Source: Octopus sinensis
Taxonomy: Eukaryota
Direction of reading: 5' to 3'
Assembly: GCF_006345805.1 (NCBI RefSeq)
Contig: NC_043000.1
Location: forward strand, 36,332,001-36,396,000
Length of the DNA stretch: 64,000 nucleotides
Shown here: positions 13,925 through 26,793 of the stretch, piece after piece
Layout: each line of letters begins with the position of its first letter
Numbering within the stretch: the first letter of the stretch is position 1
The notes under the pieces: generated by a model
Database searches by the model: none
What the model was told of the DNA's origin: nothing
Seen by the model: the letters and a program-made list of their open reading frames with translations, nothing else
Made by a program: the position numbers and the translations under genes

Positions 13925-14550
13925 ATTGGCACAAGGCTCGAAATTTCTGGGGAGGAAACTACTCGATTACATTGACCTCAGTGTTTCAATAGAACTTAAT
14001 TTATCGACCCAGAAAGGCAAAGTAGACCTCGGTGGAATTTGAACTCTGAACATAGCGACGGACGAAATACCGCTAAGCATTTCGTTCAGCACGACAACGG
14101 TTCTTCTAGTTCGCCGCCCTAACAGCAAGGATAATAATGCTTTTGCTATAGCAACAAAGCCCAGAATTTTGATGGGAGGAGGATAGATGATTAGATCGAC
14201 CCCAGTGTGTAACTGGTACTTACTTCATAGACTCGAAAAGATGAAAGGCAAAGTCGACCTCATTGGAATTTGAACTGAGAACGTAAAGTCGGACGAAATG
14301 TCGTTAGGTATTTTGTCCGGTCTCTTAACGACTCTGCACCTTAAAAAACTGTTTCAAATTTAGTCTCAAGATCAGACCTTTTAGTCGAAGCAGCGGATAA
14401 ATCGATTACATCGACCACACTGATTGATTGGTACAATAGTTTATCGAACCCCGATCGGATCAAAAGCAAAGTTGATCACAGCAGAATTTACCTCAGGAAG
14501 TAAAGGGTCGGAACAAATGCCGCTAAGTATTTTGTCAACTGCGATAGATA
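13925..14550 (-). mobile_element. Three adjacent SINE family C copies of increasing decay
   Basis: Copies about 13925-14125, 14145-14345 and 14370-14550. Confidence 0.75.
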
Positions 14551-14700
14551 TTCCGCCAGCTTGCCGACTTATGATGATGATGATGATAATGATGATAATG
14601 ACGATGAGTATGATTCCTTTTCTTGGCCATAGGAGTATAGATACGGGGGATATCGCAAGTAGTCAGCAATTTGTGAGAGGGTTTATATAAAAGATGCGGA

Positions 14701-14791
14701 GAAATCAATAGAGAAGTCGGTGAAATGAGATGAAGGTATTTTTTTATTCAAAAATATCTTTATGTATTTCACCGACTTTTCGATTGATTTC
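14701..14791. repeat. Short inverted repeat (about 26-bp arms, 39-bp spacer)
   Basis: GAAATCAATAGAGAAGTCGGTGAAAT / ATTTCACCGACTTTTCGATTGATTTC. Confidence 0.8.
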
Positions 14792-15274
14792 TTATTCAAA
14801 GATAATTTATAATGACATAAATGGTGCAGTTCTCCTGATGTAGGAAAAAACTCCAGCTAGAGACAATAAAAAATCCCTAGAGATTTAAGTTTACCCTGAT
14901 CAACAAAGTACGAACCGTCTGCCAACAGTTGTTGTCCAATCTACAGACGCATGCTTAGAGAAGAGTCATTCACTCTCACTATTTTTGCCACAGTCTCCCA
15001 TTTTTTCGCAAATTCTTTGGGAGGGAGCACGTCCCTGTACACCCACACTTTTCAACAAGAACATAAAGAGTCGATAAGGACCTGACCGAAGAGAACGGTG
15101 TCTGTCCTCAAGCTTTTCAGTTTTGTCCAACACACAACCTCTTCGGTCATAGCAACAAGACAGGAACAACATTTGCCCGGCCTTATTAAAGGTAAGTGGT
15201 AGGACGATCCTGACGACGGATTCGGCCGATATCCGTTCTATGTAAGATGATATCTGTTCGACAGACCTCTATAA

Positions 15275-15757
15275 GTCAGCATATTTTGTCTTAGTGTAAA
15301 AGATGGACAACAGAAAATATTCTGCTCAAAACTACAGATCTGTTTGTTAGTGGCTTGGCTTTAACCTGTTGAGTATGTCCCTTAGTGGTGGACGATATAT
15401 GATCACGAACAGAAATTGTAGGGAAGCATCATAGCCATGTGTTGAGAGGAATTCTTTGGGGTTTAAATAATTCACCTCTGGAAACATGGGGTTTTCATTC
15501 CTTTTTCTTAAACAACCTTTATTCATGAGCATTTTGACCGGATGGGCTATTGGACCTGAAGAAAATCCTAACTAACTAGGTCCCATCTACAAGGTCATGT
15601 GATGTTTATTTTGATTTGAGGTCATGTCGTGCTCATATGGTTGTGATGCATGTGCCTGTTGTACCCTTATCTGAAGTGGGTAATCATGATGGCTATATTG
15701 GGCTCAGTATATTTGTACCCAAACATCACTTTGATAGCATGTGCTGCTCTTGCACTC

Positions 15758-15801
<44 letters not shown>

Positions 15802-15840
15802 TAATAATGATAATAATGATAATAATAATAATAATAATAA

Positions 15841-15870
<30 letters not shown>
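15275..15870 (+). mobile_element. Long 3'-UTR-like retroelement end with (AAT)n tail
   Basis: Same sequence recurs at 16015-16825, 17813-17885 and 59948-60172 plus 61066-61121; the complete ends read GCTCTC...CACTC(AAT)n. Confidence 0.75.
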
Positions 15871-15871
<1 letters not shown>

Positions 15872-16014
15872 CCTTTCTACTGCAGGTACAAGGCCTTACA
15901 TTTTGGGGAAGGAGACTAGTCAATTACATCGGCCCCAGTGTTTCACTGGTACTTATTTATCGACCCTGAAAGGATGAAAACAATGTAGACTTCGGCAGAA
16001 CAACAACAATTGTG

Positions 16015-16825
16015 ATGCAATGCCAAGCAGTGGCTCTCCTGTCTCCTGATCTTAACTGATTGGAAATGTCATCACGTACATGTTTTTGTCTTGGCATAAA
16101 AGATGGCTACAGCAAATATTCTGCTCTGTACTACAAATTTACTTGTCAGTTGTTTGATCTTAACCAGTTGAGCATGTCCCTTAGTGTCTGGTGATAAATG
16201 CATCTCTGATCACGAGCAGAAATAGCAGGGGAGCATCATAGACACCACCACCAGCACCACCACCACCGACACTCCTCCTTACCACTGCCAGCACTACAAA
16301 CACCTCACCAAATACATGACCACCACCGCCACCACCATCACCACCATCACCCACTCATCATCATTATCATCGTCATCATTACAATCACCGGCATTACCAC
16401 TCCGACTCCCACTACCATCAGCGCGTCGCAACCACACAACAAGCCACCACCACCGCCGCCGCCGTCACAAGCTCGACATCCATTAGTATCAACCACATGA
16501 ACGCAGCATTAGTACCATCACCATGGAGTTTAGATAATTCACCTCTGGAAATATGGGCGTTTCGTTCAGCATCCTTAAACAAATCTTATTCAGGGACCTT
16601 TTGAGCGGGATGGGCTACTCGACCCGAAGAAAATTCTAACTGTGCCCATCTGCAAGTTCATGCACTGTTTATCTTGATATGAGATCACCATTTGCGCACA
16701 TATATAGTGTGATGCACGTGCCTGGTGTACCCTTATCAGACGGGTAGTCATGATGGGTATATCGGGTTTCGTATATTTGTACCCCAGTGTCATTTTTATG
16801 GCAAGCACTGCTCTCTCACTCAATT
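16015..16825 (+). mobile_element. Second copy of the (AAT)n-tailed element, interrupted at 16242-16524
   Basis: GAGCATCATAG|insert|GGAGTTTAGATAATTCACC versus uninterrupted GCATCATAGCCATGTGTTGAGAGGAATTCTTTGGGGTTTAAATAATTCACC at 15425-15477. Confidence 0.85.
16242..16524 (+). repeat. Direct copy of 18973-19251 (templated insertion)
   Basis: About 8 substitutions in about 270 bp, including non-repetitive stretches such as ACATCCATTAGTATCAACCACATGAACGCAGCATTAG. Confidence 0.9.
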
Positions 16826-16981
16826 ATAATGGAGACTTTTGTTTACCTTTGTTTTAGCTTTCATCACACTTTCTATAGTTTTACGCAAAATCAACGCACT
16901 CTTCATGGATGTTTTAAAAACAATTGGCAAAAACAGGGACTGAAATGGAGAGGCTGGCTGAGGTTGTGCAGATGTGCAGCA

Positions 16982-17023
<42 letters not shown>

Positions 17024-17181
17024 GTGATGGTGATAATTGAGTTGATGGTGATGGTAGAGGTGGTGTCGGTGATGATGATGATGTTGTCTAGCAATGGTAC
17101 TGAGGAGTAGAGGCGATGCTGGTGTCATGGTCCCGGTTGTAGTATTAGTGGTGGCTACAGCGGTGATACTCCAACCGTGCC
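16982..17181 (-). repeat. Inverted copy of 18593-18800
   Basis: 3 substitutions over about 155 bp of unique sequence (GGTGTCATGGTCCCGGTTGTAGTATTAGTGG / CCACTAATACTACAACCGGGACCATGACACC). Confidence 0.9.
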
Positions 17182-17812
17182 GAGTTGGAACTCGGTATCT
17201 CAAAGTGTGCGGTGCTCAATTTGAAGCGGGGGGAAAGGAGCAGATTGTAGGGCATAAAATGGAAGACTCAGATGATGATGGTACAAGTACCTCGGGATCC
17301 TGGTGCTTGACAATATCTTGCACTGAGAAATGATAGAAAAGGTCATCATGCATGTTTCAAGCGCCTCAAATTTCTTTTGAAATCAAAACTCTGCTTCAGG
17401 GACCTTGTCACTGGCATCAGTGTTTGGGTGGCTACTGTAGTCCGCTATATTACACAGAGAGAGTACAGGTGCAGACACGACAAGGTAGTCCAAAACCTTC
17501 ACTGGTTACTATGCTGGAAGAATGGATACGATGTAACAGGTGCTTCGTACCGACGTACATCAGAAAAGGTAATAGACGAAAATGGGAAGGCAAAAATCCC
17601 CTGGGACTTTGACTTCCAGATAGACAAGGTATGAGAGCATCGAAGGCTGGATATAGTAACCTTTACGGGGGACAAACAAGAGTGCTTAATAATCGACGCA
17701 GTAGTGCCAGGAGATCAACATATTATCATGAAAGAAAGAGAAAAGGTTGATAAATATGGAGATCTGAGAATTAAGATCGCTAAGATTTGACAGCTACGAG
17801 AGTCAAATATAA
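17182..17812 (+). mobile_element. RLE-type non-LTR retrotransposon fragment (R4/Dong-like), internally deleted
   Basis: LGISKCAVLNLKRGK (post-RT), RHDKVVQNLHW, WDFDFQIDK..EHRRLDIV...CLIIDAVVPGD...KEREKVDKYGDL (PD..D restriction-like endonuclease). Confidence 0.85.
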
Positions 17813-17934
17813 AGGTGTATTGGGCTTCGTATAATAGTACCCCAGCATCCCTTTGGAGGTATGCATTGCTCTCTCACTCAATAATAATAATAATAATGGT
17901 TGTAGTAGAAGCGATGGTTGTAGTAGTAATGGTA

Positions 17935-17983
17935 TTAAAAATGGTGATGGCAAACTTGATGATTATGATAATGGCGGTGGTGG

Positions 17984-18039
<56 letters not shown>

Positions 18040-19500
18040 GTGGTAGTGGTGTTGGTGGTGATGATGATGATGATGATGATGATAATGATGATGATGGTGG
18101 TGGTGGTGATGATGATGATGATGGTGAAGGTGATGAGTAGTTCTCTCCTCTGTCACAGGTAGGCCGTGTCGGATGGAAAGGGCATTGCAACAAAGGTCGC
18201 AGTTTGTGTGTTTGCGTATATCTCTCTCTGTGTAGGTGACATGAAACCGGATAAAGAGGGGGTGTGGGGGAGGAAACTAATGTGTTAGGGGGTTGGGGGT
18301 ATGACAGTCACCATCACAGTCACCATCATCAGCAGCAACAACAAATTTACAAATAAAAAACAACTACTACTACTACTTCTACTACTACTACTATTACCAT
18401 AACGTATATTAAAAGCACCACCTAACGTGTGTGCATACGTCCACCACCACCACCACCACCACCACCACCATCATCACCATCATCACCACCAACACCACCA
18501 TCATCAGCAACGCCAACACCACCTAGCGGCTGTCTGCTATGGTGTCAACATTGTCAATAGACAGAGCAGTTATAAGAACTACTAGAGCCAGTGGCACGGT
18601 TGGAGTATCACCACTGTAGCCACCACTAATACTACAACCGGGACCATGACACCAGCATCGCCTCTACCCCTCAGTACCATTGCTAGATAACATCATCATC
18701 ATCACCGACACCACCTCTACCATCACCATCAACTCAATTATCACCATCATCATCATCATCGTCATCACCATCATCATCATCATCGTCATCATCATCATCA
18801 TCGCGATCACTATCACCACGACCACCAGTGACAGTGCCATCGCCGTCACCATCACAGCCGCACCGTCGCCACCACCGTCACCGTCACCAACGCCATCACC
18901 ACTTCTACCACCACCACCACCACCACCACCACCAACACTTCTCATTACCACCACCACCACCAGCACCACCAGCCCCACCAGCACTACCACCACCGACACC
19001 CCTCCTTACCACAGCCAGCACCACAAACACCTCACCAAATACATGACCACCACCGCCACCACCATCACTACCATCACCCACTCATCATCATTATCATCAT
19101 CATCATTACAATCAGCGGCATTACCACTCCGACTCCCACTACCATCAGCGCGTCACAACCACACAACAAGCCACCACCACCGCCGCCGCCGTCACAAGCT
19201 CCACATCCATTAGTATCAACCACATGAACGCAGCATTAGTACCATCACCATCAGCAGTATCATCATCGCCACCACGTTAACCCCCCCGCTATCGCCACCA
19301 CTGCAACCACCACCACCATCACCACTAAACCGTTACCCATCAACCTTACCATCACTCTCATCAACATCACCGCCTCTATTACCTGCCACCACCATCATCA
19401 TCACCATCATCAACATCGTCAAGACTGTCATCATAACAATCACCCCCACATCACCCCCCGCCCCGCCGCCGACACCAGCGCCTCCACCAATAACAACAAA
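17935..19500. repeat. (GAT/GGT)n and (CAT/CAC)n compound trinucleotide block; donor of the two copies above
   Basis: Direct reading; His/Thr/Pro/Asp-rich ORFs are translations of it. Confidence 0.9.
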
Positions 19501-19576
19501 AACAACGATTCCCGGCTGTTGAAATAAAAGCTCACAGTGTATAATTTAGATTTTCTGCAAGCAATCCATTTGCGGT

Positions 19577-19595
19577 CACGTGTGCTGTGACGTCA
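19577..19595. promoter_or_regulatory. E-box (CACGTG) and full CRE (TGACGTCA) 5 bp apart
   Basis: GGTCACGTGTGCTGTGACGTCAAT in unique sequence beside a GA-rich tract; motif match only. Confidence 0.35.
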
Positions 19596-20265
19596 ATGGT
19601 ATGAGAGAAAGAGAGAGACAGAGAAATATAATGAATTAGAATGTTTATGGAAGGGGAAGGAGGGAGGGAGGGAGAGAAATGTCAGGTGTGTCTGTGTGGA
19701 GACATTTTGATGCTGTTCTTGTTTAGTCCCAGATCAGCTTCGATTAAACACAGTTTCCAACCGTGACCATCACCGCTTTCTACACTTTTCAGCCACTACA
19801 TTACTTAATATTGCCTGTTCTTTTTTATTTTCCAGTTTATTTCTCTCTCTCTTTCTCTCTCTCTCTCTTGCTCCCTCTCTCTCCCCTCCCTCTGTCTCTC
19901 TCGCTCCCTCTCTTCCCCCATCTCCTCCCCTCTCTCTCTCGCTTGCTCTCCCCCCCTCTCCTCCCTCTCTCTCTTTCAAGACAGCAGTGTGTTATTTGTG
20001 AAATATTCGACTGTTATTTCTTGCATGTCACGCACAGACCCTCTCCCCTCCACCGTACCTAATTTTATTGAATTGATTAATTTTAGATCAACCTTCATTC
20101 AACAGACTTATAATCAAAGACACGCCAACCGTGACCGAGCCATTTGTTTAGCAGTTATGCAAACATTTTGATGTCCGCAGTGTGTAAACTGAGTGAGATT
20201 TGACTTGTGTTTCTAGCATACCTAGGAGCCCACCTACAGGCTTCAATCATTGTACATTAATACTT

Positions 20266-20290
20266 TGCTGCTACTGCTGCTACTGCTGCA

Positions 20291-20338
<48 letters not shown>

Positions 20339-20466
20339 GGAACGTTTTCCGGGCGGAGCAGTGGGTTACTTTCCGGTCCACTTAGCTGAACTTACGACAG
20401 ACACTAACACAGACGGGCAGACAGACAGGCAGACAGACAGAGAGACAGACAGACAGGCAGGTTAGG
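20266..20466 (+). promoter_or_regulatory. (CTG)n followed by ETS-like TTCCGG x2, GC box GGGCGGAG and a CAG|GTTAGG donor-like site
   Basis: Motifs at about 20346-20378; donor-like site at 20460/20461; motif match only. Confidence 0.3.
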
Positions 20467-20666
20467 TTAGGTTATTGCTGACACTAATGGTGTGTGAGCG
20501 TGTGATGTGATGTGTGTGTATATGTGCGTGTGTGAGAGTAACTTATAATGCTACAATGGCGGTTAAATAGATCTAGAGATTGGTGAAGTAGTGGAACGCT
20601 GTCTACAGAAATGATGGAACAACAACATTAAATTGCAAATGTATAATATTGCTCTCTTGGCAATGA

Positions 20667-20667
20667 A

Positions 20668-20747
<80 letters not shown>

Positions 20748-20839
20748 GGGGTGCTACATCAGTTCACTGGTTGTGAACAACTGACACCGTTATACATCTC
20801 CGGCGTTAGAAGCTGTGCAGAAACAATAAAATAATAATG

Positions 20840-20890
<51 letters not shown>
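20667..20890 (+). mobile_element. 80-bp 3' end of an RLE LINE (20747-20826) embedded in (AAT)n
   Basis: AGTTCACTGG...CTGACACC...TACATCTCC.GCGTTAGAAGC matches the 3' UTR at 38655-38730 (minus); (AAT)n on both sides. Confidence 0.85.
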
Positions 20891-20891
<1 letters not shown>

Positions 20892-21174
20892 TAATAATTT
20901 GCTCGAAAAACTACTTTGTTGGGGACGGCGGTGGGGGGTGGAGGATTTTGAGTTTGGTACTTGGGTGTTAAGTATCGTGAGAAGAAACCCTGTGAAACCT
21001 TTGACAAAAGCTTGCCGTCTGCTGTCGCAGAATGAACCGGAGTAAGTGAGATTGGGAGCTGTGAGAAGTAAATTGATGTAACAATAGTAATATCTTTTAT
21101 TAGCCACGAGGGCCCGAAACATGGAAGGCAATAACAAAAGACGAGATACAATACACAAAATATCGCTCAAGGAC

Positions 21175-21411
21175 CAGTGGCGGCTTGTAAATAAAATTAG
21201 TCGGGGTGCTACTTCAGAAAAATTTTAGCTGTTGTTTTAATATTGTGTAAAAAGAAACAAACATATAAAAGAAAATTTATACATAAACTTGATCGGTTCG
21301 CGTTTTAGCCACTGCCGCGAATTCCCCCTTTGTTTTTCAAAAATCCCCCTTAAATCACAAAATAAGGGCGGGGGTGTACCCTATTTTTCAGGTCCTGGCA
21401 GCAACACTGAA
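21175..21411. mobile_element. Possible hAT-like MITE remnant
   Basis: CAGTGGCGGC ... GCAGCAACACTG termini; no matching 8-bp TSD found. Confidence 0.3.
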
Positions 21412-21694
21412 ACTGGAAGCAGGATAATAATCTAATTCTACACCTTATCACATTCAAGAATATAGACACGTTTTTAAGCACAACACACGCACTGGCAAAA
21501 AGAAACACCTTTCATCTGGCACTGTCGTTCATGCAATAATCTCTCTCCCTAGTGTGAAGCTTCCTATCTCAGACATATGAGCATGCGTACAACAGCCACA
21601 CACCGCGTCGCTGGAACTGTGAAGCGCACAGTTTTATTCAATGATTTTTGTACAGTTCTATATTTAAGAGATGAAGAATTATGCACATTATTTA

Positions 21695-21764
21695 CATTAT
21701 TTACATTTGACGGGTATTTGTCCTCATCGTGATGAGGACAAATATCCGTCAAATGTAAATAATG
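21695..21764. repeat. 70-bp near-perfect palindrome (34-bp arms, 2-nt loop)
   Basis: CATTATTTACATTTGACGGGTATTTGTCCTCATC-GT-GATGAGGACAAATATCCGTCAAATGTAAATAATG; one G:T pair. Confidence 0.95.
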
Positions 21765-22062
21765 AAAGGATTTTTTTTCATAAACTACTGACATTAGGTT
21801 TAAGGATTATATAATGTACGAGTATAAAGAAAGAATTAAAGTATAAAGTACTCGTTATATTGAATGTTATCGATATTATCAAGTGGAAATAGGGGGCGCT
21901 GCAGTTCCGCAGTTCCTATACAGGAGCTGCCACTGTCAAGGACAGACACTACAACATTAAAGAATGCAACAAAAGGATATATGAATAGGAATTAGAAAAC
22001 TAAATAATTTATAAATAGACTCCCTAAAAGCGGGTAGTCAGCTACACATACACACACACACT

Positions 22063-22093
<31 letters not shown>

Positions 22094-22179
22094 TTATATA
22101 TATATTTGTTGTTGTTGTTGGCATCCTTTTTGTCTCGGGAGACAATGGAGTTGCGCATAAAATGATCTAGTCCGGCTTT

Positions 22180-22445
22180 TACATGTCATGTCCTAATACA
22201 TCTCCTGCTGTGACTGTATAGTCCTATCCTGGATAAACACTCTGTCAGGTGCCGCAAATATATATGTAACATGTGAATCGTTGGCGAATTTTTTGCCCCT
22301 GTCTTCTTTTTCTCTTGGGCTTTCCTCTGTCTCCTGTTTCTGAAGAAGAGCTTTGCTCGAAACGTAAAAACCACCCTTCTTTCCTTCCCTGAGTGTCTGC
22401 TAATACTTTGCATGTACCACATCCTCGCACTGTTGTTTTATTTTG
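22180..22445 (+). mobile_element. Penelope-like terminal repeat remnant
   Basis: Pyrimidine-rich UTR carrying an intact minimal hammerhead core; assignment inferred from the ribozyme. Confidence 0.55.
22336..22370 (+). ncRNA. Minimal type I hammerhead ribozyme motif
   Basis: CUGAAGA-A-GAGC(UUU)GCUC-GAAA-CG-UA; stem I UUU/AAA; palindromic ACGU stem III. Confidence 0.7.
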
Positions 22446-22494
22446 TATTTCGCTTATTTATTTATCATATACATACATATGAGCATGCATTTAT

Positions 22495-22650
22495 GACGGG
22501 ATTCTTTCAGTTTCCGTCTGTCAGATCCACTCACAAGGCTTTGCTCAACGGGAGGCTATAGTAGAAGACACTTTCCCAAAAGAACTGCGCAGTGGGACTG
22601 AACTTAGAACCTTGTGGTTGAGAAGCAAACTTCTAACCACACAGCAACAA
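22495..22650 (-). mobile_element. SINE family B head
   Basis: TTCTTTCAGTTTCCGTC...ATCCACTCACAAGGCTTTG...CAGTGGGACTGAAC. Confidence 0.85.
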
Positions 22651-22733
22651 TATTTGTCTCTCACCAGCTGGAGTACTTTTTTGTTAAATTTTCCATCACG
22701 GATTGGTAAATTATATGTAAATATATATATTTG

Positions 22734-22794
<61 letters not shown>

Positions 22795-23249
22795 TGTGTG
22801 CGTGCGTGTGTACATGCATACACATATGCAAGCATGTATAAACCTAGACTGCTAAGGTATCAGTAACATGAGAAATGACCGTGTCCAATTTATAGATTTA
22901 GGCACAGGAGAGCATTCACGTTTTTGCCAGGTTTGCAAATTATTTTCTTCCTACGCGTTATCATCATCATCATCATCATGATCAACCACAACAACAACTA
23001 TCAGCCGCAGAAGTATATTTAAACGTAAGAAGTAAAAAACGATTAACCAAAATTGCGGTGAAACAATGCAAGATATACAAATATTTAGTGTTGGAAACGT
23101 TTACTAAATTGGAAAGCGAACCGTATTAATTGTAACGTTAGTTCCCCACCCAAGAAAACCACCATTTCGCCATTTGGGCAAATGAATAACTAGACGAAGA
23201 AAAAGGAGGAGTAGATAAGGATGTGTCACACAAGATAGCGCGTCCTTAC

Positions 23250-23564
23250 CTGTTGAATTCAACTAGGAAAGTGCGAGGAAGCCGATAACACCTCATATTA
23301 TTAAAGAAGCAGAACTCACATAAACAAGTCTTTATAGAATGTATTGAAAGAGGTCTTGGATAATATGTAGCAAGACACTGTGGAGCAGGGCATGTACTAC
23401 TACATCGACAAGAGCAGATGAGAAGCTACGGAGATCGACAAATACAGTTCAACCTCTTTCGGCCATTTCATTGATGTATTCACAGTCACCCAACGTACCT
23501 GGACGAGAATTCACTGCCTTCAAAATAGAAAACAGTAAAAAGAAAAAAAAAACATTCACTCACC
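23250..23564 (-). other. Candidate micro-exon cluster (23499-23513/23517 and 23250-23262)
   Basis: Minus-strand donors AAG|GTGAGT (23564), CAG|GTACGT (23499) and CAG|GTAAGG (23250); acceptors after long pyrimidine tracts (TTTTGAAG at 23518, CTTTCCTAG at 23263). Confidence 0.3.
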
Positions 23565-24289
23565 TTGCGAAAGCCGCCCAGTTGGATAATAATCCGTTAT
23601 AGACAATTGAAGTATTATTAAATTACAATATCGTGAAGTATATTTGGCACTTAAATGTGGCTAGCACTTAAGGATTGATGCTACTGTAACTTGTAGCCCC
23701 AGGAAGACATCTCCTCCAGCTGGCTATTGACACACTTTCTGTGCCCTAACAGTATTAACAAAGGGAAGTCATCGTTCCCATCTCCCGCCTGACGTGATAC
23801 ACACGGACCCAAGTTTCTGGATATTAACCCGCCATAGGTAGGTGACACCCATCGGTTGGCGATGGGAAATGGTTCTCAATGCAAAGATATATATATACTT
23901 TTTCCAGTGACGAAAAGTGGAAAGAAGCCATAATAAATCTCTGAGCGAGGTATAAACACTTTGCCTAGGTGGCAAATATACTTCACGATGTTGTGCGGCT
24001 ACTGTTTCTACCTCGCTCAAAGATTTATTATTAAATTCCAATAGCTATCTCTATATCGTAGAAAATGTTGATTGGTCGATTGCTGCTGAAATACACTTGG
24101 CATTCTTACTGGTCAACTGTAGTGAGGGTTTTTCGTCTCCTTCGGATATTTATTGTGCTTTTAACACAGCACGGCCCTAAGATAATGTAATCTCAAGACA
24201 AATAGTTTGTAACTGGCCTAACAATGGTGTATGTACATTGAGGCAGTATATTTAATACTTGCATCAACTGTGTATACAGGATATACATA

Positions 24290-25396
<1,107 letters not shown>

Positions 25397-25838
25397 GTAT
25401 GTGTGTTTGTTGAGAATGTGCGTTTATGAGTCTACTCACATAAGTATATCTTTTATGGCTGCATTCGAGTGTGTATATGGATCATAATTGTTTTGGTGCG
25501 CGCGGACGTACATCTTCAAAATGGGGTTTGTGTGTGTTTGTCTGTGTTAAATGTGTTTTTGTGCTCCATATATATTTGCATTTATGCGATGAAACCATCT
25601 CTAAAGAGGATTTTGCTGATCAGCATTGGCAAGACTTATATTTTGTCCTAGATTCCACGAGAAGAGTAAACACGAAACTGTTGTGAGGAACAGATAGTCC
25701 AACGTTTCGGACTTGGTTCTTCTTCAAAAAAAAGTTGAAAGGAGAGAAATATATGAGTGGCAGCAGAGTTTTGTGCTCACTAACTCTGCCTTCACTCATT
25801 TATTTCTCTCCATTCAACTTTTCGCTGTAATGTAGTAA

Positions 25839-26039
25839 TGGCGAGGGTTTTATGTGTTGCAATCCTGTCTTAACCTCTTTTAGTTACCTTTTACAACACG
25901 CTGAGGAAACGTCAGCTGTTTCCTTCGACATTCCGGTCGCCAAACAACGTGAAACGAAGCGTTTTGCTCAACAACAGAACACACCGCCCCATCCGAGAAT
26001 CGAACCAACGACTTGATGATTTTGAGTGCAGCACCCTAA
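25839..26039 (+). repeat. 201-bp direct copy of 28590-28790 (decayed minus-strand SINE head)
   Basis: 3 transitions in 201 bp. Confidence 0.95.
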
Positions 26040-26059
26040 TACTACTACCTCTACTACCT

Positions 26060-26103
<44 letters not shown>

Positions 26104-26179
26104 GTTACTACTACTACTACTACTACTATCACTACTACTGCTGCTGCTACTACTACTACTACTACTACTACTACTGCTG

Positions 26180-26233
<54 letters not shown>

Positions 26234-26295
26234 TAGTCATAGTATTAGTAGTAGTAGTGGTAGTAGTAGTAAGAGTAGTAGTAGTAATAGTAGCT
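26040..26295. repeat. (ACT)n turning into (AGT)n (self-complementary microsatellite)
   Basis: ACT run to about 26232, then AGT run 26245-26295. Confidence 0.9.
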
Positions 26296-26382
26296 CTGTT
26301 TGAAACTTTGGAATTTTCACTCCTCACGGCAAATTTCTGATACCTATTTCATAATCTTTTTATAGATTTTTGCAATTTTGCC

Positions 26383-26427
<45 letters not shown>

Positions 26428-26454
26428 GTGTGTGTGTGTGTGTGTGTGTGAGTG

Positions 26455-26793
26455 TGGAGGCGCAATGGCCCATTTGTTAGGGCAACAGACTCGCGGTTGC
26501 AGGATCGCGGTTTCGATTCCCAGACCGGGCGTTGTGAGTATTTATTAAGTGAAAACACCCAAAGCTCCATGAGGCTCCAGCAGGGGTGGTGGCAAATCCT
26601 TCTGTACTCTTTCACCACAAATTTCTCTCATTCTTTCTTCCTGTTTCTGTTGTATTTGTATTTTAAAAGGGGCCAGCCTTGTCACGCTCTGTGTCATGCT
26701 GAATCTCCCCGAGATTCACATTAGTTTCACAAGCAGGCTGCTCCGTTGATCGGATCAACTGGAACCCTCGTCGTCGCAACCGTCGGAGTGCCA
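26455..26793 (+). mobile_element. SINE family A with internal deletion
   Basis: GGAGGCGCAATGGCCC head; ends CGTCGCAACCGTCGGAGTGCC. Confidence 0.9.

Noticed and set aside
20461-20472. GTTAGGTTAGG as telomeric repeat
   Set aside because: Only two units, and not the TTAGGG type expected in molluscs.
25698-25730. Minus-strand TGAAGA...GAAACGTT hammerhead-like word
   Set aside because: Core C3 is missing, the cleavage triplet is GUU in a broken stem context and stem II is disrupted.
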